Under the pieces are notes generated by a model, which was given only the letters and a program-made list of their open reading frames with translations, did not search any database and was not told where the DNA came from. Source: Eledone cirrhosa (Eukaryota). Taken from it: DNA of 64,000 nucleotides. The translations under genes and the position numbers were made by a program. How positions within the stretch are numbered: the stretch's first letter is position 1; each line of letters begins with the position of its first letter. The stretch is from positions 2,666,001 through 2,730,000 of the forward strand of contig OZ024753.1 of assembly GCA_964016885.1 (NCBI GenBank), read 5' to 3'. Below, in pieces: positions 40,588 through 53,447 of this stretch.

Positions 40588-40960
40588 TGATCATCATCAT
40601 CACTTTCACATCCATTTTTCCACACTTGCATGGGTTGGACAAGTCTTTCTCAGCACAGCATCTCTCCACTTGCCACTTTCCCATGTCATCTCCTCTGTGA
40701 ATCTCAGCGAAAAGAGGTCAGCTCTCACCACCTCTACCCAGGTCTTCCTTGGCCTTCCTCTACTGTGGCTTCCTTCCACTGACATTTCCTGGCAATTCTT
40801 CACCCATGAATCATCATTCATACGCATTATTTGTCTGTACCAGTACAGTCTTCTCTCCTGCACACCACCTTGGATTCCACTTCAATCCAGCTTCTCCCTC
40901 ATTTCATCCAAGCTCTGCATTTTTCTCACACTTACATTGCACATCTAATGAAGGATGGTG
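40588..40960 (-). mobile_element. RTE-clade LINE 3' end
   Basis: QERRLYWYRQIMRMNDDSWVK..EGSHSRGRPRKTWVEVVRADL..WRDAVLRKT, then cccatgcaagtgtggaaaaatggatg and (tga)n. Confidence 0.9.
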
Positions 40961-41283
40961 GCTATATTTCTCTCTGATAGTTCTGTTTTTTTCTTGTATT
41001 TAGCAACATATATGAAGTATTTTATTAATCAATGTTATGGTGAATCTTTACTGGCAGGTTCAGGGTTTAGCATATAATGTATATTATATTTTACTTCTAT
41101 TCCTAATGAAACAAAATATCAATCGATAATGATTAAATTTGAACTATCTTCACATAATATTTCAATGTATTGATGTATGAGTTTGTGTATGTACATATGT
41201 ATCTTATGAGGTGTATATATAAAAGTGTGTAGAGAAATGTGTAAGCTACTATATAAGTGTCTGTGTCTGTGTACAGATACACA

Positions 41284-42258
41284 GCTATAGACATACACCC
41301 ACACACAAACATATATATGTGTGTGTGAGTGTGTGCATGTATGTGTGTATATACACATACACACACACATATATATATATATACTTCCTCCTAAGTGTGA
41401 TCCTAATAAGATTTTGTTTTTGCATTGCTCTTTGTGTTGTTTATTCAACTACATATATATACATATATAAATATATATACATATCGGCGTAGCCAATCCT
41501 GTCCAGACTTGTCTCTTGATCCATCTGACCCATGCAAGCATGGAAAAATGGTGTAAGACAGTGATGATGACGTTGATATATATATATATACAGGGTGCGG
41601 ACGATATTTGTTTGCAATTTTCAACTGCTAATTTTATGCAAAATTTTTTTACTTCCGTTGTCACTTGTCTTCATAAAAACAGTGACTATATTTCCATTAT
41701 TTTTTGGGGGGAATAATTGATTATCAATAATTTTGAACCTCCAAATTTATGGAAGAGACACAAATTTCTTCTTGAAATCCGCGCCAGGAGGACAAATAAG
41801 ACCAGAAGATCAACTCCCAGAACAACAGGTGGCTCACTGTCTCATCCAAAGACGTGCCCAGAGTCATGCAGACAAAGTTTCCAGCGACAACATTGGTCTT
41901 AGGTGTCGTCAGCAGTCAAGGTGACGTCATACCACCTCACTTTCCCTAAGGGCCTCAAGCTGAACACCGATGGCTACATCCGCGTTCTGAGCGAGGTAGT
42001 AAAGCCCTGGATCAACCAGGTAGCTGCAGGTAGGCTGTACGTGTGGCAGCAAGACTTAGTGCCCTGCCATACCAGCCAAAAGACCCAAGCCTGGCTGTCA
42101 GAGAACTTTGTTGACCACACTTCACCTGACATCTGGCCTCCCAGCTCGCCTGACTGCAACCCCCCTTGGCTTCTTTGTGTGGGGCGCTATAGACATACAC
42201 CCACACACAAACATATATGTGTGTGCGAGTGTGTGCATGTATGTGTGTATATACACAT

Positions 42259-42302
<44 letters not shown>

Positions 42303-42535
42303 TTCCTCCTAAGTGTGATCCTAATAAGATTTTGTTTTTGCATTGCTCTTTGTGTTGTTTTTTCAACTATATATATATATACACATATATATACATATAT
42401 AAATATATATACATATATATATCGGCGTGGCCAATCCCGTCCAGACTTGTCTCTCGATGCAGATGACCCATCTGACCCATGCACGCATGGAAAAATGGTG
42501 TAAAACAGTGAGGATGACGTTGATATATATATATA
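41284..42535. repeat. ~310-350 bp direct duplication (41284-41590 and 42186-42535) flanking the mariner fragment
   Basis: Both copies run gctatagacatacaccc...acttcctcctaagtgtgatcctaataag...catggaaaaatggtgtaa..gacgttgatata. Confidence 0.9.
41591..42192 (+). mobile_element. Tc1/mariner DD37D (maT-like) transposon, internally deleted and right-truncated
   Basis: Starts TA|CAGGGTG. Encodes frameshifted NSQNNRW..QTKFPA..LGVVSSQGDV..VVKPWI..YVWQQD-x37-[G]FFVWGAI, including [10 protein letters not shown]. The third catalytic D reads as G after a +1 frameshift. Confidence 0.9.
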
Positions 42536-44614
42536 CAATATTTGGACATTTCAAATGGATGGCTGAACAAAACTAGTAAACTTTTCCACCCAGCAGCTAT
42601 TTCCCTGGGGCAACCTTGATATTTTGGTGGTAAGATTAGAAAGCCTTCACTCAATACACAACCACAGTAAGAGGCCTAAAATAGATCAGTTGCTGCATGG
42701 AAATTGTGAAACAAAACACGGAACAAATGAATGAAGAAACAGTAGACAAAAATAAATAAATGTAATGTTAAAAGTAAATCAAAAAGTCTTTCCCAAACCT
42801 GGAGAATAATCAGGCCACTACATATCCTGGTATCATTGCTGTTAAGTGACTTAGAGGATGCTAATTCATTGCAGGGTCAATTCTCAGCTATTGCTGATAC
42901 TAATTCTCAGCTGAGTGTATTGGAGCAATGTGAAATGAAGTGTTTTGCTCAAGAATACAATATGCTATTTGGCCCCACAACCAAACCCTTGACATGATGA
43001 TTCTGAGTTCAACACCCTAAACACTAGATCATGTGGTTTCATATATATATATATAATACCCAGCCCACAATGTAAAGTGGTTGTGTAGGAGTCATGACAA
43101 AAACCACCCAGCATACACTGTAAATGTGGTTGGCATTAGAAAGGGCATCCAGCCACATAAATCTAGCCAGAAACAGTCCAATATGAGCATGACACAGTCA
43201 CCTGACCCAATTTGCTTCTAATGGAACAACCCATCTAACCCATGCTAGCATGGAAAATGGATGTCAAACGATGATGTTGATGAGTGTGTGTGTTTTTTTG
43301 TACAAAAGATATAGACAGCATTTGTAAAGGTAAAACCTAGAAATAATACATATTCCATCTAAAACAATTTAGTAGAAACTTAGTACATTTTACAAAAAAA
43401 CAACTTTGAATTTAAAGAGAACAAACCATTTAACATTGCAGCAGTATCTGTACTATAGAACCTTGCCAAAATATCTGATTACTTTTATTTCTTACATAGA
43501 AGAAAATCTAAAAGTCATATTGGTGTTACAACTAAGTTTTATAGATAATTAAAACTCTACATCTGATGTGTGTTATATATATTATGCTATCTACTTAATA
43601 CATACTTAATTATCAAGATAAAATGATGGAGGCGGTGAAGGTAGTTGAAACAAATTAAGAAAAACATCAAAGTGCCATATAAACAAACAAAACTTCTGAA
43701 TCAATGCAGAATTTCAATTCTGTGTTGAAGTATTTGGCAATAAATACAGTTTGGTTGAATCCATTAATTGGAATGGCAGGTAATATCTCAACGAGTGAAA
43801 CTTATGGAAATCCGATTAGAAGAGAAGTGAAAAAGGAACAGTTACAAAGAACATGGAAGGAAATTAAATAGAATAGAATAAAACACAAACATGAAGCAGC
43901 ACTGAAATATATTTATTTGAATATTTTGGACTTTAAGTTAGTCAGACTATTGTAAGACATTAAAGCCTCATTTTAGTTAGGTCACGTACAAAAATTATAT
44001 CTTTGAGCTGGCTTAAAAGAAGTAAAACAAGAGAAGGAAAAAAATACCAAAGTGATCAGACCATCACAGCAACACTCATTAAGAATGAAAACTAATATTA
44101 ATAAAAGTAAATAACACATGCAGACCCAAAATATAGTCTGAGCTCAGCTTTGGAGAATAATCTTATCAATATTGATTGACAAGACAAATTTTAATAGGAT
44201 TCTTCAGCAGAATAATTAAATCCTAGGCAGCTGAGTGATTCCGTTTAGATTTTATTCCCATCCAGCCAAATGTTTCTTTGTCATTTTTATTAGCAGAATT
44301 GTATTTCTTGAATAACTACAGAGCTTGTCAGTTATCGTTTGCTCATTCTAACCCTTATAGGTCCTTAATGTATGAACTATAATAGTTGCTATTAGTGTTC
44401 CTAAGTAGCACTTAAGACTAACTCAAAGATAGTCAAACTATACACCACTTAATAGTTCAGTATGTGTTAATGTGAGGCCTTAATGCCAAAAGACAACGTA
44501 AACATATATATGGAGATTTTATAGGTCGGGTTATATATACTTCATGGCAAATTTCATGGGAGCTGACACAATAAATTTTGGATGAATACTATTACTACTA
44601 ATAATAATAATAAT

Positions 44615-45020
44615 AATTGTTTCTACTTTTGGCACAAGGCCAGCAATAATCCCAGTATATTACTGGTACTTTATTTTATCAACCCCGTAAGGATGAAAGG
44701 CAAAGTTAACCTCGGCGGGAATTGAACTCAGATCGTAAAGGGATGTAACTATGCTGGAAAGCATAATCCAACCCTCTACCGATACTGCCAATTCACCAAT
44801 AATGGTTTCTTATATAGGCACAAGGCCAGCCATTTTGGGGGGAGGGGAAAGTCAATTAAATTGACCGCAGTGTGTTACTGGTGCTTTATTTTATCGACCC
44901 AGTAAGGATGAAAGGCAAAGTTTACCTCGGTGGGATTTGAACTCAGACCGTAAAGAGCCATAACTTTCTGCCGTGAAGCAGGGTGTCAAATGCTCTACTG
45001 ATACTGCCAATCCACTGCCC
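44615..45020 (-). mobile_element. SINE-A pair (short variant plus long variant)
   Basis: Two adjacent same-orientation copies. The second has an extra ttttggggggaggggaaagtcaattaaattgac segment. Confidence 0.85.
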
Positions 45021-45169
45021 TTTTAATAAATAGATAATAATAAATAGTAATAAAATTATAGAACAACTGAAAATTATATTTAGATAAGGACAAAACTGTA
45101 GAAAAGGTAACAAAAGTCACCTAAATATTAAACAAAAATGGAACTCTAAAATATACTAAAGTAAAATAA

Positions 45170-45515
45170 AGACAAATAAAACCTTGCCAGTATCAATATC
45201 TTACAAGATTCAACACAGAAGTGAGTCAGCCTGAAAGTCAAGAATGGCTCAAAGGCTCAGGACTAAAATCAAAAACAAAAGATTTGAACTTAGCTGTAGA
45301 AGATCAATGCATTGCCACAAGAAAATAAAAAGAAAAGCAACTAATAAAATAAAGAATAGTTTACATATTCAGCACTACAAATAGATGAAACAATAAAATA
45401 AAACAAATATATAAATAAACCTAGGTACATGTGACATAAAAACACCATCCCACGCCCATGAAAGAACTACACATGAAATTATTCCGAACAAAAGATACTA
45501 ACGAAAATAATAATA
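45170..45515 (+). mobile_element. Dong/R4-like non-LTR retrotransposon relic with a (TAA)n tail
   Basis: QYLTRFNTEVSQPESQEWLKGSGLKSKTKDLNLAVEDQCIATRK resembles the R4 S..WL...LK.ETEG.I.A.QDQ.L.TR motif. Confidence 0.65.
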
Positions 45516-45516
45516 A

Positions 45517-45950
45517 TAATTGTTTCTACTTTTGGCACAAGGCCAGCAATTACCCAGTGCATTACTGGTACTTTATTTTATCGACCCCGTAAGGATGAAA
45601 GGCAAAGTTAACCTTGGCAGGATTTGAACTCAGAATGGCAAGGGCTGTAACTCTATGCATCAAAGCATGGCGTCCGACCCTCTACCAATACTGCCAATCC
45701 ACACACCTTTAATAATAATAATAATAATAATAATAATGGTTTCTGATTTAGGCACAAGGACAACAATTTTGGCGAAAGGGGAAAATCAATTAAGTTGACA
45801 TCAGTCCATTACTGGTACTTTATTTTATTGACCCTGTAAGGATGAAAAGCAAAGCTAACCTCAGTAGGATATGAACTCAGTATATAAAGGGCCATAACTA
45901 TATGCTGCAAAGCATGTTGTCTGACACTCTACCAATACTGCCAATCCACA
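45517..45950 (-). mobile_element. SINE-A pair (short plus long variant) joined by (AAT)n
   Basis: Same arrangement as 44615-45020. Confidence 0.85.
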
Positions 45951-46117
45951 ATAATAATAATAATACTAACACTGTTCATGTTCTGAGAAGGGGATTATCA
46001 ATTTAGATATTTGTAAAGGCATTTACAGTAGTTGTATGATAATTGATTATACCAGATTTTGTTTAAAGGGTCAGGATGACACTTGGCAAGATATAGGAAA
46101 GAAGCAGAATGACAATA

Positions 46118-46298
46118 ATAATTGTTTCTACTTTTGGCACAAGGCCAGCAAATACCAGTACATTACGGGTACTTTATTTTATCGACCCTGTAAGGATGAA
46201 AGCAAAGTTAACCTCGGCGGGATTTGAACTCAGACCGTAAAGGGACGTAACTATGCTGGAAAGCATGGTGTCCGACTTTCTACCGATACTGCCAATCC
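46118..46298 (-). mobile_element. SINE-A copy. Further minus copies or fragments at ~26365, 36385, 38851, 47250, 50729, 56945 and 63019
   Basis: Consensus match by eye. Confidence 0.8.
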
Positions 46299-47800
46299 TT
46301 TTATTGTCACGAGGAATATGAAGGGATATTGCAAGATGGATGAATGAAAAATGATTGAATACAAAATATAGAAATGCGTCATATAGTCCTCAGAGAGAAC
46401 GACTGATACTTAGGAGCCTTTCAAGAAATGGTATAAGTCTAGGATTACTCTGACTACCAAATGGAAATGTCCTTCTTCAGCTCAACAACTTTATTTCAGG
46501 ACAAAAATATCCTCTCTCCACTCATTTTCCTGTCCAAGCTGAACTTAAAAAAAGTTGGGGAGGGTTTTGCTGAAGAGGAAGGGGTCTGTGCTCAGTCACA
46601 TCCACTACGCCTTTTACCATAGCCACCAGACACAGGAAAGTAGCCTAACCTTTTCATCAAAAGAAAGTTGGCAGGATAATCTTTATGATAGACCCAACAG
46701 ACATATACTATACCATTCATTTGTATAGTGCATATACCATATTCTTTCATTTTGTTTTTTGCAATCATCTGATTTCTCTGACCCCCACCCCTTCACTTTC
46801 TGTATCCTTTCCCTGTAATATTCTCTCATTTGATGATTCTGATATTTAGGTAAGTAAATATCTTCAAATTTACTTAATTTTCATTCCACTCATATTCAAT
46901 ATACTCAAGCTGATAGACTTAACAAACCCCTAATGAAATAAAGGAAAAGTTTTGAAAATCTGTAGTTTTCTGAAGTAAATAAACAGATTTAATACATATT
47001 TAGCCCATGGACATCGGTATCATCATATGTTTTGTAAACTTCCCTGACTATTTAATAAAAACATTATCCACTCCTAGATATATAAGAGCCCTTAATTCCT
47101 GATGGATTCGTAGAAGCACTGTCTTGACACATGGCGTGTCTTGAATAACTTTAACTTTGCAGAGCCCACACCTCTACAGATCTGAACATGGCAAATTTCT
47201 TCCAGAGAAGGAGAGAGTGGGAGAAAGTGATAAAGAGATATAGTGGAAGAATCGATTCTAGTACAGGACTGGTCCTTTATTTATTACCATCAAAAGAATG
47301 AAGGGAAAAGCTGACATTGGCAGGATTTGAACAGAGAGCATGGTGAACAGAAAGAAATATCAAAGAATTTAATATGACAACCTAACAACTTTACCAATTC
47401 ACCACCTACTCCTAGATATACCATCGATAAAAAACAGAAAAAAGTCTATGATTATGGCTAGAATGCCTTTGTTTATAAGTCTACTTGATCCGAGGTGATC
47501 TGGAACTAACCAACTTCAGCGGCTAGATGAAAAACCAACAACCATTGCTGTAAGTTCATTCATGAAGATTGATTGTTATTGGTTTGTTTCACAAAACTAT
47601 AGTAAATTGAAATAAGTTCTCAATTAGCACTACTCCAGTTATGTTCTTTTCAGTCTGATGGATATGAAATGTTATAAGAATATTACGATCAACTAGATCA
47701 ATAATTTAAAGATTAACAAAACGGTTTTCATTGTAAATGTAATTGAAGATAAATCTTATAAAAACAATTAGACTATTTTTAGACTGATATTGTTTTTGTT

Positions 47801-47993
47801 TAGCCCAAGGTCATCTTTTATTGAACAGTCATACAATTGAAAGTATTTAAAGGTAGTTGTTCTTTAGTATATAAGCCCAAGGTCAGCTCTTACTGAACAG
47901 AGCTATAATTGAAAATATTTAAAGGTAGCTCTCCATCAAAATTTTAGCCCAAGGTCGGGTCTTACTAAACAGAGCTATAATTGAAAGAGTTCA
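47801..47993. repeat. Three diverged tandem ~72-bp units
   Basis: agcccaaggtc...ttactgaacagagctataattgaaa occurs three times. Confidence 0.8.
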
Positions 47994-48129
47994 GTATATC
48001 TAGGACTTTAATGACTGGAATTCTATTGTTCAACTTTATAAGGTGGTAGAATGTGTTTGAGGAAATTTGATTACTATTTCTTGCAGATTGGTAAACTTTG
48101 TAGAGGTTTAGTAAAGACTCCCTTTGGTC

Positions 48130-48410
48130 ATAAACAACCATGGGATTTACACCTAGAAAATTCCCCATTGAAGTACAAGTCTAGGCAAGGTTGTTTGTGG
48201 AAGACCAGCAGTCACTCATACGAGTCTCCGCTTTCCACCAATATTTTCCAAGGGAAAGGGACCAGTAATATTGCAACTCATTTCTACAGCTAAGTAAACT
48301 GGAGCAACGTGAAATAAAGTGTCTTCCTCAAGGACACAACACACTGTCTGGTCCAGGAATCGAACTCACAACCTCATGATTGTAAGCCCAACACTATAAC
48401 CACTAAGCCA
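48130..48410 (-). mobile_element. tRNA-derived CORE-like SINE-B. Other copies at ~5430, 13590, 28620, 30170, 42905 and 58288
   Basis: Minus strand reads tggcttagtggtt..gttgtgagttcgattcc..ccttgaggaagacactttatttcacgttgctccagtttacttagctg. Confidence 0.8.
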
Positions 48411-48894
48411 CAGATGCTTAGTAGTTGTGCTAGAAATGATAACTTAAAGTAGAATATGATCAATTCTTTCCTATTAACTTTGTATTTTCATTGCTTGGTC
48501 AAGCCACTACTTCAGTTATATCTCCCATTTAAAGGATATCAATGACGAATATCTATAGAGGATCAATTAAAATAATAGAAATCTAATTAATGAACTGAGA
48601 AGATGTGATTCTCATAAGTTCACATTCCCATCCCATTACTTATAAGACTTCTTACTTAATATGGAAAGCAGCACATGGCAGCGTTGTCAGAGTGCTTAGG
48701 TCAAACATCTTATGTTATTTGTTCTGGCTCTCTGCACGATGAGTTCAAATTCCAACAGTGCCTTTCATTCTTTATTCTTTCAGGATTGATAAAATAGTGT
48801 GAGAGTCCAAGATGAGGGATTCAGGAAAGTGGAATTGTTACAGTGTTCAATGAGAGGCGTTGCAGTAGAATCATGTTTCTTTCATGCTAAATAA

Positions 48895-49170
48895 AATTAA
48901 TGTCTTTGCTAAGTTTACTTTGAGGCATCTCAAGTCAAGGCTCTATGTCCAAATTTGAGATTTCTTCAATAAATTTTTGACAGAGTTGGGTCTGAGAACT
49001 AGGTCAGTAGTATGCAGTAGCTCCCATAGTTAGCTGTTCTTAAACTCCCCTTGGATTGGAGAAGTATAATAAACAGGAAGGGACTGAAAACAGATCCTTG
49101 GTGGAGACTTACCAACACTGTTTTCAGTAAACTAGTGTTCCCCACTGCAGTCTGAAGCTGATTCCTTTTA
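48895..49170 (-). mobile_element. RTE-clade reverse transcriptase relic
   Basis: LHQGSVFSPFLFIILLQ..LWELLHTTDLVL (YADD position)..LKVNLAKT. Confidence 0.8.
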
Positions 49171-49874
49171 CTCATGTAATTAATACAACTCCAATTTTAT
49201 CCTGGCTCAAGTAAAACTTCTGCTTATAATTTTCAAATAATTTTTGAAATAATCAAAAATGTGGAAGGATACCTAACATTTTCATTACTAAATTGATATT
49301 CAGAACATAGTTCTTTCATGAAATTATGGTAAAAGGTTTGAATTTAAACATGACACTTTAAAAAAATGATTTTTCATCTTAGAACCAAGGGTGTTTTTAG
49401 GCAGGCTGGTATCAATAAGCTTAATGACAATTGTCTATCGAAGAAACTTACTGATTAAGAAACACTAAGTCACTTATAACATTACTTCAACTTATACCCA
49501 AAGGATTAATAAAACATTGATCAAGCAATTAAAGTTGTTTGGTAAGCTGAAGTTGTATATGAACAAACTTAACTTTTATGTTTTTAGTGTTAATAACATA
49601 GACAGCAGTGCACTATATCATACATGTCATAGATACTGGATTTATAAGTCAGAAAAACAAACATTTAGTTGGCTAAATCTCGGGCCATCCATCATCATTA
49701 AACCAAATATTTCAGGAAAAGGGGATCATTTGTTAGTAGTAATAATGATGACGATGATATAAAAGACTTTATAGCTATACATCAATCATTTTATTTCATC
49801 AACATGACAATTTGAAATCCATCACAGAATACACAAATATAATGGAAGTTCATTATGAAAACCCATTTTGAATA

Positions 49875-50290
49875 ATTGTGTGATGTTGCCTAGCAGTGAG
49901 ATATGGGTGGTAAATGAAGAGAATATATGGAAGATGGAGAAAAAGGAAACAAGCATGTTCTGTTGGATGTGTATTATTAGTGTTCATAAAGGGCGGTGGA
50001 TTGGCAGTATCGGTAGAGGGTCTGACGCTATGCTTTGCAGCAAAGAGTTACGCCCCTTTATGGTTTGAGTTCAAATCCCGCCGAGGTTAACTTTGCCTTT
50101 CATCCTTACGGGGTCGATAAAATAAAGTACCAGTAATGCACTGGATAATTGCTGGCCTTGTGCCAAAAGCAGAAACAATTATTAGTGTTCATAAACGAAC
50201 TGAGAGAAAATCTGGATCAAATGTTATGTGCAAGAGAGAAGACTATACTGGTATGGATATGTGATGTGTATGGATGATGAATGGTGGCCT
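49875..50290 (+). mobile_element. RTE LINE relic interrupted by a SINE
   Basis: SSEIWVVNEE..ETSMFCWMC lies before the SINE and VQERRLYWYGYVMCMDD after it. Confidence 0.75.
49991..50180 (+). mobile_element. tRNA-derived SINE-A (Meta/Nin-like central domain), full length; representative copy
   Basis: A-box-like tggcagtatcgg and B box gagttcaaatccc, central gcctttcatccttacggggtcgataaaataaagtaccag, and an 18-bp TSD attattagtgttcataaa (49973-49990 and 50178-50195). Domain name is from memory. Confidence 0.9.
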
Positions 50291-51747
50291 TCTTCTCTTG
50301 ATGCCTTTAAAATAACTTTGATAGGTTTTGGCCAGTATTGGCCCAAGTCATGTCTAAATTAATAGCACCATGCATATACTTATTTTGCTTAATGGTTAAT
50401 CCAGCCTTACACCCTCACCCTCCACCATTTCTCTTACTACCTTTATTATATATTGTCTTTTACTGGTTTCAGTAAGTAGACTGTGTCCATGCTGGGGCAC
50501 GATCTTCAATAGTCTTTGATTGATTCTATCAACTTAAAATCTTAGTTTAGTCTGCTGTTCTTTTAATTGAAAAGCTTTAAAAGTTAAAATTTGTCACATG
50601 AAGGGATACAACGCTGATATCACATTGGTCAAAATAAAAACAGACATACATTAATTTGGACAATTTTGTATAGTGACCATTGTTCACCAGTTTTTTGGCG
50701 TTTCTTTTTCTTTTTTCTTTTCATTTCTAATAATTGATTCTACTTTTGGCACAAGGCCAGCAATTATTCCAGTGCATTACTGGTGCTTTATTTCATCGAC
50801 CCCGTAAGGATGAAAGGCAAAGGTAACATCGGCGGGATTTGAACTCAGACCGTAAAGGAGCGTAACTCTATGCTGCAAAGCATGGCAATGACCAAGAAAA
50901 AGATCAACCAACATATATTGATTCCATTTTTCAGAAAAAGAGTGTCAGCTCCCTAGACCTATGAACAGCTTATTATAAAAAGAAATTGAAATAAAATGTT
51001 TAATGCAGTAAATATGTTAACTAAGATTCCTCCTTGCTCAACTTCAAACAGAAATATCAAATTGCCAGTTAGATAAATTATTCATTCTTTCAGCTAATTA
51101 CTGTAAGAGGAATGGCAAGCAACACCTACACTTAGCTTTTTGCTAACTTTTACTTCTGCCATATGCTACCTGATTCAGAGTAATTCATTATTCTTGTTGC
51201 AGTAAGAGATGCAGATGTGTGTTGGGAATTTCTGCAGTCATTATCCAATTTCACTTATCGATCCCCAAGTTAGAACATGGTAATAGTAGTAGTGGTGGTA
51301 GTTGAAGTAGTAGTAGTAATATCAACAGTAGTGTTAGTAGTAGTAGTAGTAGTGGTGGTGGTGATGACAGTGGTAGTTGTAGTAGAAGTATCAACAGTAG
51401 TAGTAGTAAAAGTAGGAGGAGGGGGCTTATGACAGGAAGAAACACAGATATCTCTACGCCATTTTCCTTTCCTTTTCTTTTTAGATAGTCTGATGTTTCC
51501 TATTGATTTGGCAGGCAAAGATGTGATGGCTGCTCTCACACAAGAATCAACAGATCAACTAAGTAAGTAGGAAATGTGAAAAGGAAAAAAACGAACAAAA
51601 AGAACGTCACTACATTTCACCAAAAACAGAATAATAACCTAAAGAAGAAAAAAGAAAAAAACATCCAGGTCAATTTTTCCATTCATACTACTGTTCTCTA
51701 TAACACTAGTACAATCTTATTGGTACACTGAACTAATTTACTACTAA

Positions 51748-52155
51748 TAATTGTTTCTATTTTAGGCACAAGGCCAGCAATTACCCAGTACATTACTGGT
51801 ACTTTATTTTATCGACCCTGTAAGGATGAGAGGCAAAGTTAACCTCGGCGGGATTTGAACTCAGATCATAAAGGAATGTAACTCTTTGTTGCAAAGCATG
51901 GCGTCCGACCCTCTACCGATACTGCCAATCCACCGTCCTTCAATGGTTTCTACTTTAGGCACAAGGCCAACATTTTGTGGGAGGGGAAAATCGATTAAAT
52001 TGACCCCAATACATTACTGGTACTTTATTTTATGAACCTCATAAGAATGAAAAACAAAGCTAACCTTGGCAGGATTTGAACTCAGAATGTAAAGGGCCGT
52101 AATTCTATGCTGAAAAGCCTGTTGTTCGACCCTCTACTGATACTGTCAATCCACC
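51748..52155 (-). mobile_element. SINE-A pair (short plus long variant)
   Basis: Same arrangement as 44615-45020. Confidence 0.85.
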
Positions 52156-53263
52156 ATAATAATAATGGGAGATGATAGAAGGATTGTATAACTAAGCAAA
52201 GAGTAGAGTATTCAGTACTATATAGTATAAAATAATGAAATAATAGACAGCTAAGACAATAACTTATTGTTATATACAACTATGGTTTTTATGTTTGATG
52301 TCCTCAGGAATAATACAAGACTTTTAATTGAAAACATTGTTTATATATAAAATCAGTAGGTAAGAAAACCATCTTACAAATACTGTCAACACAAACTAAA
52401 ACTGTTAACATAGTGAAAAACTATATGATATATAAAAACAACTAAAAAGTAGACAGAAATAATTAAAAAAAATATATTAATGAATAAATAAATATAAACA
52501 TAAAAAGTTAACTTATTTGAAATTAAAAATAAAAGCTACACAAAACAATATATAGTTATACGTATTTAAAGGCACAACACAAATGTCTTATTTCATTAGA
52601 TATTTAAACATTAGAGAGATGATGAAAACAAATAAAACAAACAACAAACATTTAAGCTAACTAAATTAATACTTTAATGTTTGTTTAATTCAAGGTCAAA
52701 CTTGCTAGAATAACATAAAACTATGGTTTCAAATTAACACAATAACAACATATATATACTTTTCAAAATTTTAAATACTTAATTTGTTTTATGATGCAAC
52801 CGTCTTTTTAAGTTGTTTCATTTATACCATCTGAGAAATATTGTTTAGTATCATTTATGGAAAAAATAATATGATGTAGAATTTGAAACTAAAGTTATTG
52901 TGATTATTCTATTCATATTACAACATATCTTATGCTTAAGTGATCACAGCTGCAGAAGGAACGATAATTAAAACAAGAATAAGAATTTTTTTTTTTCTTT
53001 TCTAGATTAAAATGGCTGCCAGGGCATGGAAAATGGTAATTAAAATGTTGTATCTTCCAACTGTAATTAAAAAGTACTCAATAATGTTTTGGGGGAAATA
53101 GGCATCTTTTTACAGAAAAGCTATGTAGTAAAGGTAAAATAGTCTACTGATATATGCAGAAAATTAGTAATAATGAGTAAACAATTAATAAATTATATGT
53201 AAAAAATGATTAAAATTTAGCTATTAACATGTTGCAGACAACTTTGAACTCCACTGTTGTCTT

Positions 53264-53447
53264 GTGGATTGGCAGTATCAGTAGAGGGTCGGACGCCATG
53301 CTTTCCAGCATAGTTACGTCCCTTTACGATCTGAGTTCAAATCGCGCCGAGGTTGACTTTGCCTTTCATCCTTACGGGGTCGATAAAATAAAGTACCAGT
53401 AATGAACTGGGTAATTGCTGGCCTTGTGCCTAAAGTAGAAATAATTA
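53264..53447 (+). mobile_element. SINE-A copy. Older plus copies at ~4727, 5193, 35340, 48675 and 53906
   Basis: Consensus match by eye. Confidence 0.85.

Noticed and set aside
43704-43871. 55-aa ATG-initiated ORF
   Set aside because: Short, with no recognisable motif or splice context.
46925-46970. ccctaatga...gaaaatctgta as a hammerhead
   Set aside because: The core is mutated and the stems do not pair convincingly.
49991-50085. tRNA gene
   Set aside because: A and B boxes are present but there is no cloverleaf; it is a SINE head.
51270-51539. Thr-rich and Leu-rich ORFs
   Set aside because: These are translations of a (TAG/TGG)n simple repeat.
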